Assembly: GCA_905233985.1 (NCBI GenBank)
Contig: CAJOFA010000006.1
Coordinates: forward strand, 3,295 to 67,294
DNA length: 64,000 bases
Direction of reading: 5' to 3'
Source: an uncultured Prevotella sp.
GTDB taxonomy: Bacteria > Bacteroidota > Bacteroidia > Bacteroidales > Bacteroidaceae
Within the stretch, counting starts at the first letter, position 1; each line of letters begins with the position of its first letter. The position numbers and the translations under genes are program-made. Under the pieces are notes generated by a model. That model made no database searches. It was not told the origin of the DNA and was given only the letters and a program-made list of their open reading frames with translations. Shown one piece after another: positions 1-9,489 of the stretch.

Positions 1-2066
1 GGCAGTCCTGACATCGAGTAGTTCAGGCCGGCAGTCATCTGGGCACGCATGTCCTCCCAGCGGGTGCCGATGTCACCGCTCCATGTGGCGGTGCTGTAAC
101 GCTGCTCGCCGGCGAAGCCGCTACGTGTCAGCAGGAACACACGGGGCTCGTTCTTCTTGCCGTTCCACACCGAGCGCTGACCGTTATAGATAGCGTCGGC
201 ATTGACGATGCTATAGGCATTGAAATATTCCGTCGTCGTACCCAGTGCCGTAGGACCGCTGAGCGCCTTGCGATACCACATCGGCGTGCAGTCGCGGACA
301 TTCGGCTCTGAGGCATCCATCCACCAGGCATCCACACCGGCGATGCCGTCGTGGTTGTACTTGCTGTAGAGGTTCTCGTCCATCTGGCGCCAGAACATCT
401 TTCGGGCTCCGGCATCATAGGCATCGTAGAACGAACCCACATAGCCAGGACCTACCCAGTCATGGATGTCATCGACCACTGCCTGGTGGTACATCCAGCC
501 CTTGGCGTCCAGTTCCTTGTAGTTGTCGGTGTTGCAATAGAACTTCGGCCACACGCTGATCATGAAACGTCCGTTCATGGCATGAACGCTGTCGAGCATG
601 GCCTGCGGGTCAGGGAAGCGCGAGGGCTCAAACTGATGCGAGCCCCACTGGTTCTCGGTCCAGTAGTTCCAGTCCTGCACGATGTTGTCGCAGGGTATCT
701 GGCGCTTACGGAACTCTGCCAGGTTATCTACGATTTCCTTGGAAGTGGTGTAGCGCTCACGGCTCTGCCAGAAGCCCAGCACCCACTTGGGATAGACGGG
801 CGCCTTACCCGTCAGCGTACGATAGCCGCTGATAACCTCGTCGGCATTCTGTCCGGCAATGAAGTAGTAGTCCATATCCTTGGCCATCTCACTCCATACG
901 GACAGCTTGCCCTGGTCTTTGTTGGGCTTTGCCACACGCAGTCCGCAGTACGAGACATCGCCGTCGGGACGCCACTCAATGCGCAACTGCACTCGTTTGT
1001 CCTTCTGCAGGCTCTTACGGAACTTATAGGTGTTGGGGTTCCATGCCGTGCGCCAGCGCTCGGGCACCACCTCCTTGCCGTCTATATATACCTTGATATA
1101 ACCGGCATAGTAGAGGATGAAGTGATAGCGCATGGAAGCAGGGGCCTCGATAAAGCCCTCATAGACTACCTGCGCCCCGTTGAGACGGAAGTCCTTGGGC
1201 AGGTTCTTGATGCCGCCCGGCTCGGTACGGTTGGCCAGTTCCGAGGCGGCAGGACAGTCGAACTCAAAGTAAATGGAATCCTCGTCGCGCACCAGACGCT
1301 TGCCGTCCTTGCCGACATAGGTTCCTGTCAGATGGCCTTCCTTACCCTGCTTGTCGAATATCTTGAAAAGACCTCCCAGCTGCAAATACTCCTCGGGATT
1401 ACCCCATCGGCAGTAGGAGTAGCTGTCCCACAGCAGTCCGTAGTTCTTATTGGACAGCACGAAAGGCACGCTGACCTTGGTGTTATACTGGAACAGGTCC
1501 TCGTTCAGGGCCTTCATGTTCAACTCCTCAGACTGATGCTGACCGAGTCCGTAGAATGCCTCGTCGTTTGGACTGTCGAACAACATGCGCCATGTCAGGC
1601 CGTGACGCTGTTCCTCGGGCACCTTCGACATGTCAACGCCAATCTCCCGCTCCGGCACGGTGAAGTCAGCAAACGTCTTGCCGTTGGCCGTTTCCTTGAG
1701 CAGCTGCTTGCCCTCGCCATCAAAGAAGGTCAACTCTCCCGTAGCCTTGTTCACCACAGCCTTCACGTTCTTGACCTTCACGGTCACGGTCTGGTCGTCC
1801 TCGCTGACATCAAACTTCGGTTTGAAAGTCTGCGGCACAATGATCAGGCTCTGCGGCTTCTCGGGCAGCGCATCCTTCGACGTGGCCTGCACGCGGATAA
1901 TGTTATCGTTAATCACTTGCAGACGGACTACCTTTGCGCCGTCAGCTGTCGGTTGCTTCATCTGGATGGTAACATAGTTGTCCTGCACGGTATAGTCGCC
2001 GGCCATCACTGCTGCCACGACCATCGACAACACACCCGTCATCCATGCTCTTAGGTTCATTTTCAT
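1..2066 (-). CDS. Glycoside hydrolase family 31 (alpha-xylosidase-like), signal peptide, runs off window start
   Basis: Manual translation (absent from ORF track): starts MKMNLRAWMTG at 2066; contains the GH31 nucleophile motif DAWWMDASEP and WSGDIGTRWEDMRAQMTAGLNYSMSGLP. Confidence 0.9.
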   Translation of the reverse strand, partial: MKMNLRAWMTGVLSMVVAAVMAGDYTVQDNYVTIQMKQPTADGAKVVRLQVINDNIIRVQATSKDALPEKPQSLIIVPQTFKPKFDVSEDDQTVTVKVKNVKAVVNKATGELTFFDGEGKQLLKETANGKTFADFTVPEREIGVDMSKVPEEQRHGLTWRMLFDSPNDEAFYGLGQHQSEELNMKALNEDLFQYNTKVSVPFVLSNKNYGLLWDSYSYCRWGNPEEYLQLGGLFKIFDKQGKEGHLTGTYVGKDGKRLVRDEDSIYFEFDCPAASELANRTEPGGIKNLPKDFRLNGAQVVYEGFIEAPASMRYHFILYYAGYIKVYIDGKEVVPERWRTAWNPNTYKFRKSLQKDKRVQLRIEWRPDGDVSYCGLRVAKPNKDQGKLSVWSEMAKDMDYYFIAGQNADEVISGYRTLTGKAPVYPKWVLGFWQSRERYTTSKEIVDNLAEFRKRQIPCDNIVQDWNYWTENQWGSHQFEPSRFPDPQAMLDSVHAMNGRFMISVWPKFYCNTDNYKELDAKGWMYHQAVVDDIHDWVGPGYVGSFYDAYDAGARKMFWRQMDENLYSKYNHDGIAGVDAWWMDASEPNVRDCTPMWYRKALSGPTALGTTTEYFNAYSIVNADAIYNGQRSVWNGKKNEPRVFLLTRSGFAGEQRYSTATWSGDIGTRWEDMRAQMTAGLNYSMSGL

Positions 2067-2084
2067 TGTTCGTATGTTTTGTTG

Positions 2085-5000
2085 TTAATCTTCTATAAGC
2101 TCGGCCTCGGCAATTTCCTCCTCGGGCTCACTGTCGTCGGGCAGCGTGATGGTGAACACCGTGCCGCCGCCTGGGTTGTCAGCCAGCGTGATAGTGCCGC
2201 CATGTGCATCGACAATGGCTTTCACGCGGTCGAGGCCGAGGTCATAGCCCTCTCCCTCGATATGTTCGAAGGTATGAGGCTTGAACTCGTCCTTGATGCC
2301 TATGCCATTGTCAGCCACCAGAATCTTCACCTCGTTATCGGCAGGAGCGAAGACGCTTATCTGGGCGACACATTTGCCTGGCGCAAAGTGAACGGAGTTG
2401 TTCAGCAGCTGCACAAGTGCTTGTTTGAGAAAGTGGGAATCGAACATCATTTCACGCGACTCAACGGTAGAGTTGAACGTGATGCTGGCTTCCTTGTCTT
2501 CCACCGGATGATATTCTTCGGTGCAGTGACGTACAAAGTCAACGATGTCAGCCTTCTCTTTCTCCAGTCTGATGTCATACTGCGGGACGGTGTACTGTAT
2601 GTCAGCCTCCTGCTCTGCCTGTAGCTCCGAGCGTACCTGGCTACGGATGTGGCGTTTCTCCGTCTCATGTTGTATCTCCATAGCTTGGAGGTGCTGCATG
2701 AACCGACGGTGGAAGAATTTACGCCAGAGCCAGAGAGCACCGACAATGAGGAGAAGATAGAACAGATAAGCCCACCAAGAGCGGTAGAACGGCGGAGCAA
2801 TGGTGATGTCGAGCTGACTCTCAATTTCACCCATTGAGCCGTCATCGTTAAGCATACGCACACAAAGCGTATAGCTTCCCGGCGGCAGACTCATGTAGGT
2901 CACACTCGGAATCTTCTCGTCGGTACGTATCCACTTGTCGTTGAAACCTTCCAGCTTATAGACAAAGCGCGAGGTATTGTGAATCTCGCCGCTGTTCGAT
3001 GCCAGCTCAATGGTAAACTGGTTCTCGGAATATTTCAGCGACAGCTCACGGCACACGTCAAGCGCCTCGTCAAGGATGACACGTCCCTCGTATTCCTCAC
3101 CTGGGTTCACCTCAGAGTCAAACAGACGCAAGCCGCTGAAGACAGGAGCTTCTTTTTGCTTACCCTCACCGATTTTCAGCGGACTGATGATGTCCAGACC
3201 ATCCTGTCCGCCCACCAGGATACGACCGTCCTTGGTGGACCACACAGCACGCTCGTTGAACGGTCCAGGCTGCAGTCCGGCACGGCTGTTGTAGCTTCGA
3301 ATGATGAACGTCCATTCGCCGTCCTCCTCCTGCTGCGGGATGATATTCGAGACACCGTGCTCGGTGACGACCCAGATGTTTTTCTTCTTGTCCTGTGTGA
3401 TAGCTGTCACCTTCGAGCCGTAGAGTCCCGACTTCATGTCAAACAGCGTCACGTGGTTGGTCTTGCGGTTGTGAACCAGCAGTCCCGACGACGAGCCGTG
3501 CCAGACGAGGTCGCGCTCATCCCACAGCACATCCGTCGCATTGGCAGTAAAGGTGCTGCTATTGGGGTCCTGCGGTATGTCGCAGTTCATAATCTCGAAC
3601 GTATTGGGGTTGATGACGGTGAAGAACTCCGACGAGCCGGCAAGGATATTTCCCTTGTAGGTGCAGCGGATGGACGACAGCCAGTCAGTATTGATGTTGG
3701 AGTTACTGGTCATGAAGGCACGGAACTTGCCCGTCGCAACGTCCAGACGGTGCAGTCCGGCACCCAGCATCGACAGCCAGATGTTACCCTTCAAGTCCTC
3801 GGTGACGCTCCACACGTTGTTATTTCGCAGACCGTCTTCCTGTCCGTTGAAGAGATAGTTCGTCCAGTGTCCCTCGTGATAGCGCAGCAGTCCTCCCTCA
3901 TAGGTACCAAACCACAGGTCACCGTTCTTAGCACAATAGGCATACACGATGACGTTGCCGTGGAAACCGCTGTTCGACCGGTCGAAGACGGTTTGCTCGG
4001 AGGTATTAGGATTATAGCGTATGACACCTCGATCGTTGGTACCCAGCCACCAGTTGCCCTCGTGGTCTTCGCAGATGGCGTTGATGTCGCCCAGGTCCAG
4101 ATGGATGAAGTTCGACTGGCTCTTATGATATTCGTTGATACCGTTCTTATAGGAAGAAATCCAGATGCGACCCTCTTGGTCACGGTAAACGCCCTTCACG
4201 GTGATGTCGCTCAGCGAGGTCTCGTCGCCCTTGACATTGATGAACTGACGCACCTCCTTGCTGTGCGGGTCAATGACAATGATACCAAAGTGGTCGGTGG
4301 CTATCCACACAAAGCCCTTCGGCTCAAACAGGATGTCCCATACCACCAGCTCCGGAGCGGGCAGCTTGCTCACGTCAACACCCAGCAGTGCCATACAGTT
4401 CTTCAGACCGACAGTCAGGTGCTTGTCCTTGTCGAGCATGAAAAGGTCATAGCTGCGGCTCATAATCCACGTATTACCACGCGGGTCCACACGTAGCGAG
4501 TGGTCGGTAGCTGTGGGGTGATATTTCTTGATTTCATCGACACGCCACAGAATCTTTCCCTTCTCGCCATCGACACAAACCAGTTCACCGAGACTGGAGA
4601 TAAACGTCACCGTGTGGTCAGCATTCTCAGCAAAGTATGTAATGGACAAGTCCTTCGATATCTGATCTACCTGATAGCCCTCGTCGATGTGGGTGAGTTT
4701 CTCCGTCTTGGGGTTATAGTAGTAGAAACCATGATCTGAGGTCTTGACCCAGAAGCACTTCTGACTGTCAATAAACATCTTCTCTATCTCGCCCTGAATG
4801 CCATACTCGTTGAGCAGGTAATGCGGGTTACGGTCGAAGCGCTCCGTCACAGGGTCATAGCTGCTGTAGTTGAAGCCGTGATTAATCCACAGGCGTCCAT
4901 CGAACCCCTCGAACACCTCGTCAATGCGGTTACTGCGGAGCGTGGTAGTGTCACGGGCATACGACAGGAACGTCTTGAAGCGGTAGCCGTCATAGCGGTT

Positions 5001-5219
5001 CAGTCCGTAGGGCGTACCGAGCCACACGAAGCCGCGTGAGTCACGGAACATGCAGTTAATCTGCGAATTACTCAGTCCGTCACGTGTGTCCAGATGGCGG
5101 AATTTCATGTCAGGAATGACCTGAGCGACGCTCAATGAGCAGGGAGCGATGACCAGCAACAAGCCAATCATCCATCCCATTACTCTACCCGTTGTCATGT
5201 TTTTAAGGTTCATTTTCAT
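2085..5219 (-). CDS. HTCS-type beta-propeller/Y_Y_Y sensor with HATPase_c but no recognisable HisKA, REC or AraC domain
   Basis: DGLSNSQINCMFRDSRGFVWLGT propeller repeats, YKLEGFND..LPPGSYTL (Y_Y_Y), PPFYRSWWAY TM segment, LLNNSVHF/DNGIGI/GGGTVFTITLP ATPase boxes. Confidence 0.85.
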   Translation of the reverse strand: MKMNLKNMTTGRVMGWMIGLLLVIAPCSLSVAQVIPDMKFRHLDTRDGLSNSQINCMFRDSRGFVWLGTPYGLNRYDGYRFKTFLSYARDTTTLRSNRIDEVFEGFDGRLWINHGFNYSSYDPVTERFDRNPHYLLNEYGIQGEIEKMFIDSQKCFWVKTSDHGFYYYNPKTEKLTHIDEGYQVDQISKDLSITYFAENADHTVTFISSLGELVCVDGEKGKILWRVDEIKKYHPTATDHSLRVDPRGNTWIMSRSYDLFMLDKDKHLTVGLKNCMALLGVDVSKLPAPELVVWDILFEPKGFVWIATDHFGIIVIDPHSKEVRQFINVKGDETSLSDITVKGVYRDQEGRIWISSYKNGINEYHKSQSNFIHLDLGDINAICEDHEGNWWLGTNDRGVIRYNPNTSEQTVFDRSNSGFHGNVIVYAYCAKNGDLWFGTYEGGLLRYHEGHWTNYLFNGQEDGLRNNNVWSVTEDLKGNIWLSMLGAGLHRLDVATGKFRAFMTSNSNINTDWLSSIRCTYKGNILAGSSEFFTVINPNTFEIMNCDIPQDPNSSTFTANATDVLWDERDLVWHGSSSGLLVHNRKTNHVTLFDMKSGLYGSKVTAITQDKKKNIWVVTEHGVSNIIPQQEEDGEWTFIIRSYNSRAGLQPGPFNERAVWSTKDGRILVGGQDGLDIISPLKIGEGKQKEAPVFSGLRLFDSEVNPGEEYEGRVILDEALDVCRELSLKYSENQFTIELASNSGEIHNTSRFVYKLEGFNDKWIRTDEKIPSVTYMSLPPGSYTLCVRMLNDDGSMGEIESQLDITIAPPFYRSWWAYLFYLLLIVGALWLWRKFFHRRFMQHLQAMEIQHETEKRHIRSQVRSELQAEQEADIQYTVPQYDIRLEKEKADIVDFVRHCTEEYHPVEDKEASITFNSTVESREMMFDSHFLKQALVQLLNNSVHFAPGKCVAQISVFAPADNEVKILVADNGIGIKDEFKPHTFEHIEGEGYDLGLDRVKAIVDAHGGTITLADNPGGGTVFTITLPDDSEPEEEIAEAELIED

Positions 5220-5281
5220 ATCGTCTCGATTTACTGATTTTCATTTTAGGTTTGTAGTAATTTTGCTGATGAAGATTCGAC

Positions 5282-6424
5282 TTAGAACGGCTCTGCCGCG
5301 TCATTCTGCATGCTCTTCACCGCCATACACTCCATCTCGACCAGCCATCCAGGACGGCACACGGGAGCATGAACGATGATGTAGGGCTTGTCGCCGAAAC
5401 GTTCCTCATAGAGCGAACGTACCACAGCATAGTCAGCCGTATCACGCAGATAGACTATCATATATGTCGCGTCGTCATACGTACACCCTGCCTCAGCGAG
5501 CAGTGTCTCCACGTTCTCCCACATGCGGTGTGTCTGTTTCACCACATCGCCCTCATGCATAATCTGACCTTTGTTGTTGATGCTCGCCGTGCCAGAAATG
5601 AACACATGGCGACGGTCACCATAGTCGATGTAGGTACCGCGCTCGAAGCTCACGCCGTAGTCACTGGTACGGTTCAGGTGAGTCGGTGCATAGAGGTAGT
5701 GAACTTGTTCCTCGCGTATGCCGGCTATGGCGTAGTTATCCATCTGTGCCAGCACGTTCGGGTCTTGCTGACGTCCGCCGATACCCGTAGAAGCAATGAA
5801 ATGCGTCTCACGTGTCAGTCCCTGGGTGAAGAACACCTGGTTACGGGCACGTACCACGCCGCCGTAGTTCAAATCCACGTCGTTCACAAAGAGCCACGTA
5901 CGGATAGCGTTATCCTTCAGCGTACAGCCCTCCTCCATCAGCTGCATCACCCATTCGTTGAACAGCAGCCGCATCTGATACTCGGAGTTGGCAGCCAGGT
6001 TACAGGCGCTGGCATTCCACAGATGACGGTAACTACCGTGACTCACCTCATAGAGTCCGCCCTTGGTGACGGCAGTCTTCACACCCGTCATCAGATAGAC
6101 CCACAGACCGACCTTCGTACCGTCGAGGGGAGCCTGCTGGATGATGCTCTTCGCACAGTCCGTCACGTCAGCCAGTATCACGGCATCAGCCTGGTTCGCT
6201 GCATCGCTTAGGAAGTAGCGCTTGAATACAGCATGTGCTCCCGTCAGTTTATCCAGCAGCCCGTGATAAGCCGTCAGCACGGCTTCCAGCTGCTCTGCAA
6301 ACGAGAGCATCGCATTATTTACATGAATCATGGCGTGGTATTCACGCACCTCAGTCTCATTGTCAAAACAGAAAACGTCAGCCTGCGCACAGTCAAACGT
6401 TAAATGTATGATTTCGTTTTTCAT
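5282..6424 (-). CDS. Rid/YjgF-superfamily hydrolase (long, chorismatase-like form)
   Basis: FISGTASI, IVYLRD, HAPVCRPGWLVEMEC motifs. Confidence 0.7.
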   Translation of the reverse strand: MKNEIIHLTFDCAQADVFCFDNETEVREYHAMIHVNNAMLSFAEQLEAVLTAYHGLLDKLTGAHAVFKRYFLSDAANQADAVILADVTDCAKSIIQQAPLDGTKVGLWVYLMTGVKTAVTKGGLYEVSHGSYRHLWNASACNLAANSEYQMRLLFNEWVMQLMEEGCTLKDNAIRTWLFVNDVDLNYGGVVRARNQVFFTQGLTRETHFIASTGIGGRQQDPNVLAQMDNYAIAGIREEQVHYLYAPTHLNRTSDYGVSFERGTYIDYGDRRHVFISGTASINNKGQIMHEGDVVKQTHRMWENVETLLAEAGCTYDDATYMIVYLRDTADYAVVRSLYEERFGDKPYIIVHAPVCRPGWLVEMECMAVKSMQNDAAEPF

Positions 6425-6498
6425 TTTTAATTGTCCTTGCTTTTGCGTGCAAAGATAACAAATAATTCCGAAACGACAAAGAAAACAAAAGAAAAAAC

Positions 6499-7530
6499 CT
6501 ATTTCTTAGCCGAGGTGTCGCGGATTACCACCTTCTGTGGCACAATCTCGTGGTAGATGGTGTGGTCACCGCCGATGTTCTTCAACAACAGCCGACAGGC
6601 TGTCTGGCCCATCAGGAAACTCTGGTCCTCGATGGTCGAAAGGCGCGGCGTGACATAGACTGCGTGGGGGTCTTCGGTAAAGCCAATGAGCGCCACATCC
6701 TCTGGGATGCGCATTTTCATTTCCTTGATGGCAGAAAAAGCGGCGAAAGTAATGATGTCATTGAATGCAAGGATAGCATCAGGACGGTCTTCACGCTCCA
6801 GCAGACGCTTCGTAGCATCAAGAGCCAGCTGATAGTCAATTTTGTCACAGACCACCAGCTCACGGTCAATGGGCAGACGATTCTCACGTAGCGCCTCCAA
6901 ATATCCGTGCTTACGGCGGCGCACCATATCCAAGTGATTAGGACCGCCCATGAAGGCAATGCGGCGACTACCCGTGTCTATCAGATGCTGCGTAGCCTCC
7001 TGCGCAGCCTCGTCATCATTAGCTTTTACAGATGAGAACTGCTCAGGCAGGCAGGTACGCCCGAAGAAGACCAGAGGAATACCCATCTCGGCAATCTCCA
7101 TATAGTGCGAGTAGTCCGTCGTGCTCTGTGCCAGACACGCCACGATGCCCTCCACATGCATACTGATGAAGTTATCCACGGCGCGGGTCTCCGTGCCGAA
7201 GTCCTCATGGCTGTTAGCGTTGATAATGCTGTAACCCACCTTCGACGCTTCGTCCTCAATGCCGTCAAGCACGGCAGCATAGTAGTGCGTCACCAGATTA
7301 GGCACCACCACACCAATCATTTTCGGAGCCTCGCGGCGCAGACTCTGCGCAAAGGGGTTCGGACGGTAGTTCATCTTCTTGGCCAGCGCCTTCACGCGCT
7401 GCTGCATCTCGATGCCAATCTCGGGAGAAGAGCGCAAGGCACGGCTGACCGTAGCAATGCTCACGCCCAACTCTTGCGCCAAGTCTTTCAACGACGTACG
7501 ACGCCGGGGATTATTCGAGATATTATTCAT
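6499..7530 (-). CDS. LacI-family transcriptional regulator
   Basis: SLKDLAQELGVSIATVSRAL HTH, YRPNPFAQSL hinge; ATG at 7530 just downstream of a TACCTTTG promoter. Confidence 0.95.
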   Translation of the reverse strand: MNNISNNPRRRTSLKDLAQELGVSIATVSRALRSSPEIGIEMQQRVKALAKKMNYRPNPFAQSLRREAPKMIGVVVPNLVTHYYAAVLDGIEDEASKVGYSIINANSHEDFGTETRAVDNFISMHVEGIVACLAQSTTDYSHYMEIAEMGIPLVFFGRTCLPEQFSSVKANDDEAAQEATQHLIDTGSRRIAFMGGPNHLDMVRRRKHGYLEALRENRLPIDRELVVCDKIDYQLALDATKRLLEREDRPDAILAFNDIITFAAFSAIKEMKMRIPEDVALIGFTEDPHAVYVTPRLSTIEDQSFLMGQTACRLLLKNIGGDHTIYHEIVPQKVVIRDTSAKK

Positions 7531-7559
7531 AGCGCAAAGGTAAGAATTATTTTTGAATT

Positions 7560-7573
7560 CGCAAACGTTTACG
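7560..7573. promoter_or_regulatory. Putative LacI-family operator CGCAAACGTTTACG
   Basis: Near-palindrome with central AAACGTTT, lying between divergent TACCTTTG promoters (7535-7542 minus, 7618-7625 plus). Confidence 0.6.
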
Positions 7574-7629
7574 TTTATTTTTTCGAACAAGCCACCCATC
7601 ACACCAGAAAAAAGCCTTACCTTTGCAGC

Positions 7630-7736
7630 ACAGAAGCAAGAGAGTAGATGTGAAGAAAGAATGAGTAATGAATAGTTGATAATAAGTTAGTTGAAAAAAC
7701 AGTAAGGTCTGTCATGATGACAGACCTTATTTTTTG
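7630..7736 (+). ncRNA. Candidate small RNA
   Basis: Plus-strand TACCTTTG at 7618-7625, about 105 nt with no meaningful ORF, ending in a 12-bp hairpin plus T-tract. Confidence 0.45.
7703..7735. terminator. Bidirectional intrinsic terminator
   Basis: TAAGGTCTGTCA-TGA-TGACAGACCTTA with T-tracts on both strands. Confidence 0.85.
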
Positions 7737-7743
7737 TCCCTGA

Positions 7744-8694
7744 CTATTCCTTGCCGGAAGTTAGCTGCTGATATAACCTGTTGCATAGGGCTTCATGGGT
7801 GCGGCACATGTGCCAGTACATCAGGGCGAAGAGGGTGAGCTCGGCAAGAGGGTAGATAATAGGACAGCCGAGGCAGCAGGTGACATAGACGATGATAGCC
7901 CGCAAGTTGAAGGTGAGCAGGTTGGTGTACTTCATCAGCGGCAGGGAGCCCCTACGGAAATCATCACGCAGCGTCTGAGGCATGTCCTCTGCATTGGGCC
8001 AACGGCGTTTCACCTCGTGGAAGAAGCGCTGGAACTGCGGCGAGCGCTGCTCCTGACCGTGACAGTAGTTAGAATAGTTAAAATAGAACAGGCGTGCAAA
8101 CCAACGGCGACGGGGCAGACTCTCATAGATGGCACGCTGAGAGGCATAGCTGTCAAGCTCGCTGCCCTGCTTACCCAACAGGAAAAAGAGATGTATCTGA
8201 CGGTAGTAGTCAGCCATCATGCATTGCGGCTGGTGACAGAACACGCCGGCGCAGAAGCAGATGAAAAAGGTCAAGGAATAAGCCCAAAGGCCCATCGTAG
8301 GATACCAGGCGCTGCCCTCACGGAAGATGATGGCAAAGTAGATGAAGAAGAACCACACGTTCTCAGAGAACCCGTCGAGCACGCGCCCCACAAGAGTTTT
8401 CTTACCCGTCAGACGTGCCATCTGCCCGTCGGTGGAGTCACAGAAATTACCCAGCATCAACAGCAGCACACCGATGAGGTTATGCGTGAGGTCGGTAAAG
8501 TAGAACATCACTCCTGCGGCGGATCCAAGGAAGATGGAGAGGATGGTGACGGCGTTGGGATGAACACCGAACTTCATCCACATCAGGGCAAAGACAAGGC
8601 CGATGGGACGGGTGAAATGTACGTCAAGCCACTCCTCTGTGTCGTCTGACTTAAACGACATGCGCAGCATTTGTTTGAATGTTCTGTTTTCCAT
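7744..8694 (-). CDS. CDP-alcohol phosphatidyltransferase (inositol-lipid/PIP synthase-like)
   Basis: HPNAVT and DSTDGQMARLTGKKTLVGRVLDG signature; in the MIPS cluster. Confidence 0.9.
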   Translation of the reverse strand: MENRTFKQMLRMSFKSDDTEEWLDVHFTRPIGLVFALMWMKFGVHPNAVTILSIFLGSAAGVMFYFTDLTHNLIGVLLLMLGNFCDSTDGQMARLTGKKTLVGRVLDGFSENVWFFFIYFAIIFREGSAWYPTMGLWAYSLTFFICFCAGVFCHQPQCMMADYYRQIHLFFLLGKQGSELDSYASQRAIYESLPRRRWFARLFYFNYSNYCHGQEQRSPQFQRFFHEVKRRWPNAEDMPQTLRDDFRRGSLPLMKYTNLLTFNLRAIIVYVTCCLGCPIIYPLAELTLFALMYWHMCRTHEALCNRLYQQLTSGKE

Positions 8695-8696
8695 TT

Positions 8697-9455
8697 TCAA
8701 CTTTCAATTAAAGAATTTGCCTTCTCTATGTCTGTGGCGTGGTCGATGTCAAAGACCTGAGTGAAGGTATATGCCTGCAACCGCAGACCATCACGCAACA
8801 GGGCACGCTGGAAGTTACGCATACGCTGCTCACCACGCTCCACACAGTCACGAAGGACGACAAGGGACTTCTGTGTCAGGCCATAGATGCCGGCAGAGAC
8901 GTATAAAAGGGGCATGGGGCATGAGGCATGGGGCATGGAGTAAGGAGCAGGAGGATTGTCATAAAACCCTGTTATTAGGGGATAGGACCCCTCAAGCCCA
9001 ACATACAGCGGTTTCTCGTCGTCGATGTAGTCGGTGACACCCATCAGTCCGTCGCAGGTGTCTGCTGCTATGAGGCGCTGGAAGGTGCGGACATAGTCAG
9101 CAAACTCGTTCTCGTGAAAAATGGTGTCAACGGTGGTGAGGATGAAGTCTCCCTCTAAGAAGGGACTGATTTCGTAGAAGCTGTGCATGGAGCTGGGGGT
9201 GGTCTTCATAACGAAGCGCAGGGGCACGGGACGTCCCTGCAGCCCGTCACGTTGCAGCATCTGCAGGTGACTGCCCACTTCAGGCATAGCAGCGTTGGAG
9301 ATAACGACAATCTCATCCGCATCGTTCTGCATGAAGATACGGATGAGACGGTCTATCATGGCCTCGCTGCCAATCTTGACCAGCGGTTTGGACTGTGTGA
9401 TGCCCTCAGCTGCTAACCGTGAGCCTTCGCCCGCGGCAATGATTGCATACTTCAT
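8697..9455 (-). CDS. NTP-transferase (probable inositol-phosphate cytidylyltransferase)
   Basis: AIIAAGEGSRL..KPL motif, DIDH near C-terminus; adjacent to the CDP-alcohol transferase. Confidence 0.85.
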   Translation of the reverse strand: MKYAIIAAGEGSRLAAEGITQSKPLVKIGSEAMIDRLIRIFMQNDADEIVVISNAAMPEVGSHLQMLQRDGLQGRPVPLRFVMKTTPSSMHSFYEISPFLEGDFILTTVDTIFHENEFADYVRTFQRLIAADTCDGLMGVTDYIDDEKPLYVGLEGSYPLITGFYDNPPAPYSMPHASCPMPLLYVSAGIYGLTQKSLVVLRDCVERGEQRMRNFQRALLRDGLRLQAYTFTQVFDIDHATDIEKANSLIES

Positions 9456-9489
9456 TTATTATTTTAAATGCATCATTTATCATGCATCA

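Noticed and set aside
351-2054. 567-aa plus-strand ORF
   Set aside because: Antisense shadow of the GH31 gene, which the ORF track missed because it runs off the window edge.
2979-4496. 505-aa plus-strand ORF, and similar long antisense ORFs (13256-14392, 25231-26190, 38546-39544, 52867-53787)
   Set aside because: They lie opposite genes with clear motifs and have no motifs of their own; expected from biased codon usage.
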